Source: a virus
Taxonomy: Duplodnaviria; Heunggongvirae; Uroviricota; Caudoviricetes
Reading direction: 5' to 3' (one strand)
IMG/VR virus record: IMGVR_UViG_2534681936_000011
Length of the DNA stretch: 47,026 nucleotides
Below are positions 16,614 through 26,340 of this stretch, piece after piece (the first letter of the stretch is position 1; each line of letters starts with the position of its first letter). The position numbers were made by a program, and so were the translations under genes. The notes beneath the pieces are model-generated. The model saw nothing but the letters and a program-made list of their open reading frames with translations, was not told the DNA's origin and ran no database searches.

Positions 16614-18464
16614 ATGTCGATTAAACATTACGATGTTATCAGGGCGGCGTCGCCGTCAGACCTTGCGGAAAAGCTGACACACAAACTGAAAGAGGGCTGG
16701 CAGCCATACGGCGGACCGGTTGCCATTACGCCGTACACACTGATGCAGGCGGTGGCTATTGAAGGAGAGCCACAGGTCGGCCCTTCATCTGAGCCGGATT
16801 GGTACTACGTCATCGTACTGGCCGGGCAGTCCAATGCAATGGCTTACGGTGAAGGGCTTCCGCTGCCGGATTCATACGATGCTCCGGATCCGCGCATTAA
16901 ACAGCTGGCGCGCCGCAGTACAGTGACGCCGGGTGGGGCTGCCTGCAGATATAACGATATTATTCCGGCTGACCACTGTCTGCATGATGTGCAGGATATG
17001 AGTACGCTGAATCATCCGAGGGCTGACCTGAGCAAAGGGCAGTACGGCTGTGTCGGTCAGGGTTTACATATTGCCAAAAAACTGCTCCCGTATATCCCGA
17101 ATAACGCGGGGATCCTGCTGGTACCATGCTGTCGTGGTGGTTCGGCATTTACCCAGGGCGCGGAGGGGACATTCAGCGAGTCCACGGGGGCCAGTCAGGA
17201 TTCGGCACGCTGGGGGGTGGGCAAGCCGTTATATCAGGATCTGATTTCCCGCACAAAAGCGGCATTGCAGAAAAATCCCAAAAACGTTCTGCTGGCCGTC
17301 TGCTGGATGCAGGGTGAGTTTGACATGAGCGCCGCCACCCACGCACAGCAACCTGCGCTGTTTACAGCCATGCTGACACAGTTTCGTGCTGACCTCTCCG
17401 TGTTTAACGCGCAGTGCCATGGTGGCAGTGCTGCAGATGTGCCGTGGGTTTGTGGTGACACGACGTATTACTGGAAAAATACATACGCTACCCAGTACGA
17501 CACCGTGTACGGCGGGTATAAAAACAGGGAGAGTGAGGGCGTTTATTTTGTGCCCTTCATGACAGACGGTAACGGCGTCAATACCGCCACTAACGCGCCG
17601 GCAGAAGATCCGGATATTCCGGCATCAGGATATTACGGTGCGGCATCGAGAACGAATGGAAACCAGGTATCATCAAACCGCCCGACACATTTCAGTTCAT
17701 GGGCGCGCAGGAGCATTATTCCGGATCGTCTGGCAACCGCTATTCTGAACGCAGCCGGGCGCACCTCAGCCTTCATCAGTGGTAAGGCACCGGAAATCAA
17801 ACCCTCGCCCGGCGGCAACACGCCATCGGGTCCGTCTGCAGATACGTCCGTTCGCACAATCTCCCTGCTGCCGGCAGCCGGAGAGGCTGCTGCGCAGGGC
17901 TGGAGCATTAAGGATGGCGGAATTCAGTTGTCAGATGGTGTATTTAAGATCACCAAGCAGAGCAATAAAACCTGGTCCCTGACGCATCCGGTGGATGACG
18001 CAATTACCCTGCTGACACAGGGCGGCAGACTGACCTGTAAGTTCCGCCTGTCAGGCGCACTGACCAACAATCAGTTCGGGCTGGGGATTTATCTGTATAC
18101 GGATGCTCCCGTTCCTGATGGTGTGGCGATGACGGGTACCGGTAATCCGTTCCTGATGTCGTACTTCACTCAGACCACTGACGGCAGAGTGAATCTGATG
18201 CATCACAGGAAAGCCGGAAACACGAAGCTGGGGGAGTTCGGCGATTACGGTAACGACTGGCAGACGCTGGAGCTGGTGTTCACCGCCGGCAGTGCCACGG
18301 TTACTCCGAAACTGAATGGAGTGGCTGGCCCGGCATTCCAGGTTATAAAAGACAGTCTGACACTGGGACTGAATGCGCTGACGCTGACGGATGTTACAAA
18401 AAATGCAGCGTATGGCGTTGAGATAGAAAGTCTGATGCTGGAGATAAATGCACCGGCAGCATAA
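16614..18464 (+). CDS. nanS-p: NanS-p-like sialate O-acetylesterase (N-terminal DUF1737, SASA-like esterase, C-terminal domain)
   Basis: 616 aa; N-terminus MSIKHYDVIRAASPSDLAEKL; esterase motif region LAGQSNAMAYGEG; same position as the esterase downstream of stx in Stx phages. Confidence 0.7.
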   Translation: MSIKHYDVIRAASPSDLAEKLTHKLKEGWQPYGGPVAITPYTLMQAVAIEGEPQVGPSSEPDWYYVIVLAGQSNAMAYGEGLPLPDSYDAPDPRIKQLARRSTVTPGGAACRYNDIIPADHCLHDVQDMSTLNHPRADLSKGQYGCVGQGLHIAKKLLPYIPNNAGILLVPCCRGGSAFTQGAEGTFSESTGASQDSARWGVGKPLYQDLISRTKAALQKNPKNVLLAVCWMQGEFDMSAATHAQQPALFTAMLTQFRADLSVFNAQCHGGSAADVPWVCGDTTYYWKNTYATQYDTVYGGYKNRESEGVYFVPFMTDGNGVNTATNAPAEDPDIPASGYYGAASRTNGNQVSSNRPTHFSSWARRSIIPDRLATAILNAAGRTSAFISGKAPEIKPSPGGNTPSGPSADTSVRTISLLPAAGEAAAQGWSIKDGGIQLSDGVFKITKQSNKTWSLTHPVDDAITLLTQGGRLTCKFRLSGALTNNQFGLGIYLYTDAPVPDGVAMTGTGNPFLMSYFTQTTDGRVNLMHHRKAGNTKLGEFGDYGNDWQTLELVFTAGSATVTPKLNGVAGPAFQVIKDSLTLGLNALTLTDVTKNAAYGVEIESLMLEINAPAA

Positions 18465-18910
18465 TAAAAAAAGCCAGCGACTGACCTGAAAAAGAAGACG
18501 CTGGCTAAAAGGCCTTATATGTTTGTAGAGACTTATTTTTCACAGACAGCAATGATGCCTGTCAATATATTATCAATATGCGGATTGTTTCAGTTACAGA
18601 TGCCTTATTAAGGAAAAAAACAGCCAGCACTGACTTTCGGTGGAGAGGTGCTGGCTCAAAAGGATAGATGTACTTCACATGTTGCTTCTATATGGCAGTA
18701 CATTTTCTGACAGACAGTGACGGATGTTGTCAAGATATTGTGTCATTTATAACCTGAATCAGGGGAGGCCGGAATGTTATCTGGCATTTTTAGCAGAGCC
18801 TGAATGCCATAATCACGGCTCCCGGCGTTGGCCGTCAGTGGGTGACACTGGCGGCTTTTTGTTTTTCTTTACTTTCATTTTCTGTCGGCGGTGACGGAGA
18901 CATACATCAG

Positions 18911-19117
18911 ATGGAAAAAATCACAACAGGTGTGTCATACACCACGTCAGCGGTGGGGACGGGATACTGGTTACTGCAGCTGCTGGACAAAGTCTCTCCG
19001 TCCCAGTGGGTGGCAATAGGTGTGCTGGGAAGTCTGCTGTTTGGCCTGCTGACGTATCTGACAAATCTTTATTTCAAGATTAAAGAAGATAAGCGTAAGG
19101 CTGCGAGAGGTGAATAA
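18911..19117 (+). CDS. S: Class II holin (phage 21 S-like pinholin)
   Basis: 68 aa [68 protein letters not shown], close to recalled S21. Confidence 0.8.
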   Translation: MEKITTGVSYTTSAVGTGYWLLQLLDKVSPSQWVAIGVLGSLLFGLLTYLTNLYFKIKEDKRKAARGE

Positions 19118-19614
19118 TGTCGCCGTCATTACGCAAGGCTGTTGCAGCTGCTATTGGTGGTGGGGCTGTTGCCATAGCGTCTGTGCTCATCACTGGTCCA
19201 GGTGGTAACGATGGTCTGGAAGGTGTCAGCTACATACCATACAAAGATATCGTTGGCGTATGGACTGTATGTCACGGACACACCGGAAAAGACATCATGC
19301 CCGGTAAAACGTATACCGAAGCAGAATGCAAAGCCCTCCTGAATAAAGACCTTGCCACGGTCGCCAGACAAATTAACCCGTACATCAACGTCGATATACC
19401 GGAAACAACGCGCGGCGCTCTTTACTCGTTCGTTTACAACGTGGGCGCTGGCAATTTCAGAACATCGACGCTTCTTCGCAAAATAAACCAGGGCGATATC
19501 AAAGGCGCATGTGATCAGCTACGGCGCTGGACATACGCTGGCGGTAAGCAATGGAAAGGGCTGATGACTCGCCGCGAGATTGAGCGTGAAGTCTGTTTGT
19601 GGGGGCAACAATGA
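19117..19614 (+). CDS. R: SAR endolysin (lysozyme with N-terminal signal-anchor-release segment)
   Basis: Start overlaps the holin stop (TAATG); hydrophobic Gly/Ala-rich N-terminus [20 protein letters not shown], then a lysozyme-like domain. Confidence 0.85.
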   Translation: MSPSLRKAVAAAIGGGAVAIASVLITGPGGNDGLEGVSYIPYKDIVGVWTVCHGHTGKDIMPGKTYTEAECKALLNKDLATVARQINPYINVDIPETTRGALYSFVYNVGAGNFRTSTLLRKINQGDIKGACDQLRRWTYAGGKQWKGLMTRREIEREVCLWGQQ

Positions 19615-20078
19615 GCAGGGTAACCGTTATTATCTCCGCTCTGGTTATCTGCATTATCGCCTGCCTGTCATGGGCTGTTAATCATTACCGCGATAACGCC
19701 ATTACCTACAAAGCGCAACGCGATAAAAAAGCCAGTGAGCTGAAGCTGGCGAACGTGACAATTACTGATATGCAGGTACGCCAGCGTGATGTCGCTGCAC
19801 TTGATGCCAGATACTCGAGGGAATTAGCCGATGCGAGAGCTGAAAATGAAACTCTGCGTGCTGATGTTGCCGCTGGTCGTAAGCGCCTGCGCATCAACGC
19901 CAACTGTCCAGGCTCCTTGCGTAAAGCCCCCATCACCTCCGGCGTGGGTAATGCAACCGGTCCCCGACTGGCAGAAGCCGCTGAACGGGATTATTTCATC
20001 CTCAGAGAACGGCTGATGGCAATGCAGAAGCAACTGGAAGGAGCACAGGAATATATCCGTACCCAGTGTATACCGTGA
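19611..20078 (+). CDS. Rz: Rz-like i-spanin
   Basis: ATG overlaps the endolysin stop (ATGA); N-terminal TM segment then coiled-coil; contains an embedded +1-frame lipoprotein gene. Confidence 0.8.
   Translation: MSRVTVIISALVICIIACLSWAVNHYRDNAITYKAQRDKKASELKLANVTITDMQVRQRDVAALDARYSRELADARAENETLRADVAAGRKRLRINANCPGSLRKAPITSGVGNATGPRLAEAAERDYFILRERLMAMQKQLEGAQEYIRTQCIP
19831..20016 (+). CDS. Rz1: Rz1-like o-spanin lipoprotein, embedded in Rz
   Basis: [20 protein letters not shown]... with lipobox VVSAC and Pro-rich mature part, closely matching recalled lambda Rz1. Confidence 0.75.
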   Translation: MRELKMKLCVLMLPLVVSACASTPTVQAPCVKPPSPPAWVMQPVPDWQKPLNGIISSSENG

Positions 20079-20543
20079 TGTTTTGTTATGAAGATGTTAC
20101 TGGTAACATTAAGGTAATTTAACAAAGAGTCAGTTCCGGACTTTATAGTGTGCTCAGTTCATGGCCAAAAACGATTTCTGTGATAAATATTTTGAATATT
20201 ATTTACAGGTAAATGGAGTGGGGCGCATGGATAGAAATATTACAATAGAGTATGAAGTATATGCCCGTATTGTATGGGCAGAGAAGGCAAAAACACGGTA
20301 AATCCGTGTGTTGCCATGATACCTGATTGGCAGAATAGTTGTTTGGTTTTGAGTATATAGTCAGCGTTTTTTGTTCAGTAATTGCCCCCTCAAAAAATAA
20401 TAAAATAAGGTGATTATTTTTGTTTATTATTTAGTTTTTTTTGTGTGTTATTTTATTGTTTTTGCGTGGTTTGTTTTTTATTGTTATTTCATTAAGGGAA
20501 GGTAAATTCAGGATGGCAGTCTGTAGATAATCGGAGGTCACTT

Positions 20544-20858
20544 ATGCTACATGATCACGTGGCAGAATGTCTGGAGAAAAAAGGACTGTACCGGAGAGCA
20601 GCTGAACGATGGGCAAAAGTGATGGTACAGCTAAGTGATGACCAGAAAAGAAAAGTGGCGGCACAGAAACGAGCAGAGTGTTTGCGTAAGGCGCGCCGGA
20701 CTCCGGTTTCACCGGTGAACCTGACCGAAATAAAACAAGCGGTCAACAGACTACATTCTGAGTTGGGAATGGGATTTGAAGAGCGGCGGGTATTCCGACG
20801 ATATAAAGGGACAGGAGAACAGAATACGTCCGGAAACGCGCGGTCAAAAAAATGCTAA
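20544..20858 (+). CDS. pch: PerC-family transcriptional activator (Pch-like)
   Basis: 104 aa; GGAGG SD; LEKKGLYRRAAERW matches the PerC family motif (LEATGLWRRAAARW); preceded by about 450 bp of T-rich, AT-rich DNA. Confidence 0.6.
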   Translation: MLHDHVAECLEKKGLYRRAAERWAKVMVQLSDDQKRKVAAQKRAECLRKARRTPVSPVNLTEIKQAVNRLHSELGMGFEERRVFRRYKGTGEQNTSGNARSKKC

Positions 20859-20939
20859 AAAATATCTGAGAGAGTTATTGCCTGTTACCATAAGAAAAAG
20901 CGACTTTAGTGGTCGCTTTTTGTGTCATATATAAGTCGT

Positions 20940-21164
20940 TTAAGTAAACCTGTCTGAACAGGTGCTCTGGTCGTGTTTGTCTTTGTTGGGTACAAATTGA
21001 GAATATTTTTCATTAATTAATCTTCTTCTGCAGGCTTCAATAACCCACGCTGAAAAATTACCTGAACCTTTCTGGTCAAGAGCGATGTTAATTTGTTCAA
21101 TCATCTGGTTTGGAAATCGGATGTTGCGGGTTGTTGTTCTGCGGGTCCGGTTTTTCGGTGACAT
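20940..21164 (-). CDS. Small putative ribbon-helix-helix DNA-binding protein
   Basis: 74-aa ORF; RNIRFPNQMIEQINIALDQKG...SAWVIEACRRRL suggests an Arc/CopG-like fold. Confidence 0.35.
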   Translation of the reverse strand: MSPKNRTRRTTTRNIRFPNQMIEQINIALDQKGSGNFSAWVIEACRRRLINEKYSQFVPNKDKHDQSTCSDRFT

Positions 21165-21205
21165 TTTCTTTCCTCTGGTGACAAGCTATATGGCGAGGAT
21201 TTTAC

Positions 21206-21736
21206 ATGGCCGTGCTTCGTACGTTACCGGGCAGAATCAAAACTCTGAATACCCGGCGGGTGAATGTCCTGAAGGGTGAACAGCGTCGGGTCAGTGGCAG
21301 TGCCCGGGTTTCCCTCAAGCGTCGTATCTGGCTGAGGGATGCCGGACAGTGCTGTCTCTGTGGGCGTGTGGTTGACCTTTGTGACAGTGAACTCGATCAC
21401 CGCATTGCACTTCAGTTCGGTGGTGGTAATGAGGAGACGAATCTCTGGACGCTCTGTACCGAATGCCATCGCCAGAAGTCAGTCAGTGAAACGGCGAGTG
21501 GTATGCCGGACCCGACGCTGCCGGAGGTCATGGCAGGGCAGACGATATCATCGGACTGTGACCCGCCCCGGGGGGGGGATCATCCGGCGAAAAAAACGAT
21601 CGCCCCGGACACCGCCCCCCGTCTCATGCAGAGAAAAAATTCCTGTTTCAGGCCAGTTAACATGTTAACTGGCTGCCCGGGCATTTTTTCGGTTTTTATC
21701 TTTATTATTCAGTTTGTTGTGCGAAAAAAATGTTAA
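21206..21736 (+). CDS. HNH endonuclease (terminase-associated), with low-complexity C-terminal extension
   Basis: Motifs CCLCGRVVD...ELDHRIALQFGGGNEETNLWTLCTECHRQKS; lies upstream of the terminase small subunit as in HK97-like cos phages; the last 70 aa or so read through GC-rich sequence and may not be native. Confidence 0.7.
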   Translation: MAVLRTLPGRIKTLNTRRVNVLKGEQRRVSGSARVSLKRRIWLRDAGQCCLCGRVVDLCDSELDHRIALQFGGGNEETNLWTLCTECHRQKSVSETASGMPDPTLPEVMAGQTISSDCDPPRGGDHPAKKTIAPDTAPRLMQRKNSCFRPVNMLTGCPGIFSVFIFIIQFVVRKKC

Positions 21737-21780
21737 CTGGCTTTTTCAGCAAATGTTAACCAGGCAGCAGTTAACATTTG
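21653..21780. promoter_or_regulatory. Cluster of GTTAAC-centred inverted repeats (candidate terminase-binding/cos-proximal sites)
   Basis: Perfect 20-bp palindrome CCAGTTAACATGTTAACTGG (21653-21672), AATGTTAACTGG (21729-21740), and inverted repeat CAAATGTTAAC...GTTAACATTTG (21750-21780), between the HNH and terminase genes. Confidence 0.4.
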
Positions 21781-21851
21781 CGGCATGAGACGCCGGGAAA
21801 AATGGGCTGAACCATACCCGGCTGAGTGCGTTATGGACCCGGGAGGAGGCT

Positions 21852-22415
21852 GTGCTGACAACGCAAAAACGAAAATTTGCGCTGGCGCTCATGTCCGGGA
21901 AAAACAAAACAGCGTCAGCCCTTGCCGCCGGTTATTCGGCGAAGACCGCCAGGATTAAAGGCTCGCAGCTGGCAAAAGATCCGGAGGTGCTCGCGTTTAT
22001 AGCCCGTAAACAGTGCGAAACGGTGGAGGTGGATGAGGTTCCTGTTTACCGGCAGAAAAAATCAGAGCAGGAGGATAAACCCCGTCGCCGTGAGGTGGCT
22101 GCAATACCACAGCCGGACGAAAAAAATCCGGAGATGCCTCCGCCCGCGGTGATATCTCATGGTATTGAATATATGGAGGATGGTCTTCCCGATCCGGTGA
22201 AAGCTATGGGGCAGATCCTGGTGGAAAACCTGATAATTGACCCGAAACTGGCACTGGATGCGGCCTGGCGACTGGCGCAGTTCACACACCATAAAAAAGG
22301 CGATGCCGGTAAAAAATCGGCAAAAGGTGATGCCGCGAAAAAAGCGGCTAACCGTTTTTCGGTGCCACCATCTCCCCGACTGGTGGTGAATAACCAGAAT
22401 GAGGAAAGCGGATGA
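21852..22415 (+). CDS. Terminase small subunit
   Basis: GTG start with GGAGGAGG SD; N-terminal HTH-like region; overlaps the large-subunit start. Confidence 0.7.
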   Translation: MLTTQKRKFALALMSGKNKTASALAAGYSAKTARIKGSQLAKDPEVLAFIARKQCETVEVDEVPVYRQKKSEQEDKPRRREVAAIPQPDEKNPEMPPPAVISHGIEYMEDGLPDPVKAMGQILVENLIIDPKLALDAAWRLAQFTHHKKGDAGKKSAKGDAAKKAANRFSVPPSPRLVVNNQNEESG

Positions 22416-24073
22416 TACCTGTATGGAGCACGGCATGTCCGGACTGGGCAGAGCGCCTGAAAAAGGGACTGTCGATTATTCCGGCTCCGATTTATCCGGA
22501 CCAGGCTGCACATGCACTGGCGATTTTTAAACAACTGCGGATTGTGGATGCACCGGGTAGCCCGACGTTCGGGGAGTCCTGCGCACAGTGGGTGTTTGAC
22601 CTGGTGGCGGCCCTGTTTGGCTCCTATGATGCGCAGACCGGTGTACGCCATATCAAGGAAGTTTTTATCCTTATCCCCAAGAAAAACAGTAAGTCCACGC
22701 TGGCCGCGGGGATCATGATGACGGCGCTGTTACTGAACTGGCGGCAGGCGGCGGGCTACACCATTCTGGCCCCGACCGTGGAGGTGGCGGCTAACGCCTT
22801 CAACCCTGCCAGGGATATGGTACGACGGGACGATGATCTGGATGACCTCTGTCAGGTGCAGACACATATCCGGACCATCACCCATCGGGTGACGGACACC
22901 ACCCTGAAGGTGGTGGCAGCCGATCCGAATACGGTGTCCGGTATCAAGTCCGTGGGGACACTGATTGATGAACTGTGGCTGTTTGGCAAGCAGTACAAAG
23001 CGGAAGACATGCTACGTGAAGCCATCGGCGGGCTTGCCTCCCGTCCGGAAGGATTTGTGGTGTACACAACCACCCAGTCGAATGAACCGCCTGCCGGGGT
23101 GTTCAGACAGAAACTGCAGTACGCCCGGGATGTCCGTGACGGCAAAATTCATGATCCGCACTTTCTGCCGGTGATTTTTGAGCATCCTCCTGAAATGGTG
23201 GAAAGCGGGGCTCACCTGCTGATGGAAAACCTCGCCATGGTTAACCCGAATCTCGGTTATTCGGTGGATGAGGCTTTTCTGTACCGGGAGTACCGTAAAG
23301 CCCGGGAGGCTGGTGAGGAAGCATTTCGTGGCTTCATGTCAAAACACGCCAATGTGGAAATCGGTCTTGCCCTGCGTTCTGACCGCTGGGCGGGCGCGGA
23401 TTTCTGGGAGCAGCAGGGCAGGCGCGTCAGCCTGGACGATATCCTGCAGCGCGCTGATGTGGTGACGGTGGGGATTGACGGCGGGGGCCTGGATGATCTG
23501 CTGGGAATGTACGTGATTGGCCGTGACAGGGAAACCCGCGAATGGCTGGGCTGGGGCCATGCCTGGGTGCATGAAACCGCGGTGGTCAGACGGAAGAGTG
23601 AGGCATCCCGGTTTCAGGATTTTGTGGCCTGTGGAGACATGACGATTGTCCGTCGGGTCGGGGATGACACGGCGGAAGTGGCGGAGTATGTGCGTCGTAT
23701 TCATGAGGCTGAGTTACTGGATCATATCGGTATTGACCCGTCAGGTGTGGGGCAGATTCTGGATTCACTGGCGGAAGCCGGGATCCCCGATGAGAGTGTG
23801 GTGGGGATAAGCCAGGGCTGGAAGCTGGGCGGGGCCATCAAAACCACCGAGCGCAAACTGGCTGAGGGAGTGCTGGTGCATGGTGGTCAGCCACTGATGG
23901 CCTGGTGCGTTGGCAATGCCCGGGTGGAGCCTAAAGGTAACGCCATTCTTATCACCAAACAGGCCAGCGGACGGGGAAAAATTGACCCGCTGATGGCGCT
24001 CTTCAATGCGGTGTCCCTGATGTCCCTGAATCCGGAACCGAAAAAGAAAGCGTATGAGGTTTTTTTCATATAA
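22412..24073 (+). CDS. Terminase large subunit
   Basis: 553 aa; position and size; ATPase then nuclease architecture. Confidence 0.85.
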   Translation: MIPVWSTACPDWAERLKKGLSIIPAPIYPDQAAHALAIFKQLRIVDAPGSPTFGESCAQWVFDLVAALFGSYDAQTGVRHIKEVFILIPKKNSKSTLAAGIMMTALLLNWRQAAGYTILAPTVEVAANAFNPARDMVRRDDDLDDLCQVQTHIRTITHRVTDTTLKVVAADPNTVSGIKSVGTLIDELWLFGKQYKAEDMLREAIGGLASRPEGFVVYTTTQSNEPPAGVFRQKLQYARDVRDGKIHDPHFLPVIFEHPPEMVESGAHLLMENLAMVNPNLGYSVDEAFLYREYRKAREAGEEAFRGFMSKHANVEIGLALRSDRWAGADFWEQQGRRVSLDDILQRADVVTVGIDGGGLDDLLGMYVIGRDRETREWLGWGHAWVHETAVVRRKSEASRFQDFVACGDMTIVRRVGDDTAEVAEYVRRIHEAELLDHIGIDPSGVGQILDSLAEAGIPDESVVGISQGWKLGGAIKTTERKLAEGVLVHGGQPLMAWCVGNARVEPKGNAILITKQASGRGKIDPLMALFNAVSLMSLNPEPKKKAYEVFFI

Positions 24074-24136
24074 CCCTGCTCACCCTGTAACCATCATGAA
24101 CCGCTGCGGCGGTTTTTTTATTTTCAGGAGGCTGAT

Positions 24137-26074
24137 GTGACTCTTAAACGGGCCTGTTCCCTGCTGACGGTGAAATCCTTCAGTGAGGATGAACGGGTGA
24201 TCACCGGGATTGCGTCAACGCCTTCTCCGGATCGGGATGGTGACATCCTGGAGCCGGAGGGGGCGGAGTTTGGCAGTACGATCCCGTTTCTCTGGCAGCA
24301 TGACCATTCCCGCCCTGTAGGCCAGTGTACGGTGCGTCGGGTCAGGGAAGGGCTGGAAATCACGGCAATGCTGGTGAAGCCGGAGCCGGGGATGCCCTCC
24401 CAGATGGCAGCCCGGCTGGATGAGGCCTGGGCTGCCATTAAGACCGGGCTGGTCAGGGGGCTTTCTGTGGGCTTCCGGCCCCATGAATACACTTATCTGG
24501 ACGGAGGCGGACTGCATTTTCTGCGCTGGGAACTGATGGAGGTGTCTGCCGTCACCGTGCCCGCGAATGCGGAATGCACCATCCGGACCATTAAATCTTT
24601 CGGCAGCCCGTTTTCTGCCGCGTCCGGCAACCGGAGACCGGTGGTGAAAATCGCATCTTCTGCCGGCGCTTCGGCACAGTCAATAACCTCTTTTCATAAG
24701 GAAAAGTCAGCAATGAATACTGGTGAACAGATTAAAAGTTTTGAAAACAAGCGTGCGGCGCTGGCAGCCTCCCTTGAGGAGATCATGAACAAAGCCGCAG
24801 AGGAAGGCCGCACACTGGATGTGGAAGAGGAAGAGCACTACGACAACACCGCAGCGGAAATCCGTCAGGTGGATGCGCACCTGAAGCGTCTGCGTGAACT
24901 GGAAACCAGTAAGGCCGCCACGGCACAGCCGGTGAAACAGGCCGGTAACGGGAATGTGGCCACGGTGGCTTCAGCGCCGGTGATCTGTGTTGAGCAGAAA
25001 CTGGAGAAGGGGATTGGTTTCGCCCGCTTTGCCAAATCACTGGCCGCGGCTAAAGGTGTCCGCTCTGAAGCCCTGGAAGTGGCCCGTCGTCAGTATCCGG
25101 ATGACAGTCGTCTGCATCATGTCCTGAAATCGGCGGTGGGGGCAGGGACCACCACGGACCCACAGTGGGCAGGCAGCCTGTCTGAATATCAGGAATATGC
25201 GCAGGACTTTATTGATTACCTGCGTCCGCAGACCATTATCGGGCGATTTGGTCAGGGCGGGATCCCTGCACTTCGTCTGGTGCCGTTCAATATCCGCGTG
25301 CATGCCCAGGTGTCCGGCGGTGCTGCCGGCTGGGTGGGGGAGGGTAAGGCCAGACCCCTGACGAAGTTTGATTTTGAGTCCATCACCTTCAGTCATGCGA
25401 AGGTGTCGGCCATTGCGGTACTGACGGAAGAGCTGATCCGCTTTTCCAGTCCGGCAGCTGATGCACTGGTCCGTAATGCGCTGGCAGAAGCGGTGGTGGC
25501 GCGTCTGGACACAGACTTTGTGGACCCGAAAAAAGCTGCAGTGGCAGATGTCTCCCCGGCGTCCATCACCCATGATGTGAAGGGCACGGCATCAACCGGT
25601 AACCCGGATGCGGATGCCGAGGCCGCGTTTGGCCAGTTTGTGACGGCAAATCTGCAGCCCACTGGTGCTGTCTGGCTGATGTCCAGCACGAATGCCCTGG
25701 CGCTGTCCATGCGTAAAAATGCGCTGGGTCAGAAGGAATATCCGGACATGACCCTGCTGGGCGGGACCTTTCAGGGGCTTCCGGTGATTGTCTCCCAGTA
25801 TGTGGGTGACCAGCTGGTACTGGTGAATGCACCGGATATTTATCTGGCGGATGACGGCGGTGTGGCAGTGGATATGTCCCGTGAAGCGTCACTGGAAATG
25901 CAGTCTGAGCCGGGCGGCGACAGCACCACACCGTCGCCGGTGGAGCTGGTTTCCATGTTCCAGACCGGCAGCGTGGCCATCCGTGCGGAGCGCTGGATCA
26001 ACTGGCGTCGTCGCCGTACTGCGGCGGTGGCTGTGATCACCGGTGTGAACTACGGCAGTGCGTCCGGCGGCTGA
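24137..26074 (+). CDS. Fused prohead protease, scaffold-like linker and HK97-fold major capsid protein
   Basis: 645 aa; N-terminal HK97-type protease signatures (ITGIAS...DRDGDI...FLWQHD...GLSVGF...EVSAVTVPAN), central coiled-coil segment, C-terminal capsid-like region; AGGAGG SD. Confidence 0.75.
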   Translation: MTLKRACSLLTVKSFSEDERVITGIASTPSPDRDGDILEPEGAEFGSTIPFLWQHDHSRPVGQCTVRRVREGLEITAMLVKPEPGMPSQMAARLDEAWAAIKTGLVRGLSVGFRPHEYTYLDGGGLHFLRWELMEVSAVTVPANAECTIRTIKSFGSPFSAASGNRRPVVKIASSAGASAQSITSFHKEKSAMNTGEQIKSFENKRAALAASLEEIMNKAAEEGRTLDVEEEEHYDNTAAEIRQVDAHLKRLRELETSKAATAQPVKQAGNGNVATVASAPVICVEQKLEKGIGFARFAKSLAAAKGVRSEALEVARRQYPDDSRLHHVLKSAVGAGTTTDPQWAGSLSEYQEYAQDFIDYLRPQTIIGRFGQGGIPALRLVPFNIRVHAQVSGGAAGWVGEGKARPLTKFDFESITFSHAKVSAIAVLTEELIRFSSPAADALVRNALAEAVVARLDTDFVDPKKAAVADVSPASITHDVKGTASTGNPDADAEAAFGQFVTANLQPTGAVWLMSSTNALALSMRKNALGQKEYPDMTLLGGTFQGLPVIVSQYVGDQLVLVNAPDIYLADDGGVAVDMSREASLEMQSEPGGDSTTPSPVELVSMFQTGSVAIRAERWINWRRRRTAAVAVITGVNYGSASGG

Positions 26075-26118
26075 GTCTGATGAGGAGGGCGGGAGGTGAG
26101 AGCGTCCCGCAGTAACTG

Positions 26119-26340
26119 ATGGCAAAAATCCGATATCTGCAGGGTACACATGATGCCCGGCCCGGGGATATCCGGGATGTCGCACAGCCGTGTGCGGAGG
26201 TGCTGGTTCGCCTGGGAAAGGCGGAGTACATCACAGCGCGACGTCCGGCGGGTCAGAAAAAGAAACATGATGCGGAGCATAGCGAATGTGGAACCTTTTG
26301 CGACGAACCCGAAAAAACCAGAAATCAGGACGTGATGTAA
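26119..26340 (+). CDS. Small hypothetical ORF between capsid and portal genes
   Basis: 73-aa ORF overlapping the portal start; weak RBS. Confidence 0.25.
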   Translation: MAKIRYLQGTHDARPGDIRDVAQPCAEVLVRLGKAEYITARRPAGQKKKHDAEHSECGTFCDEPEKTRNQDVM

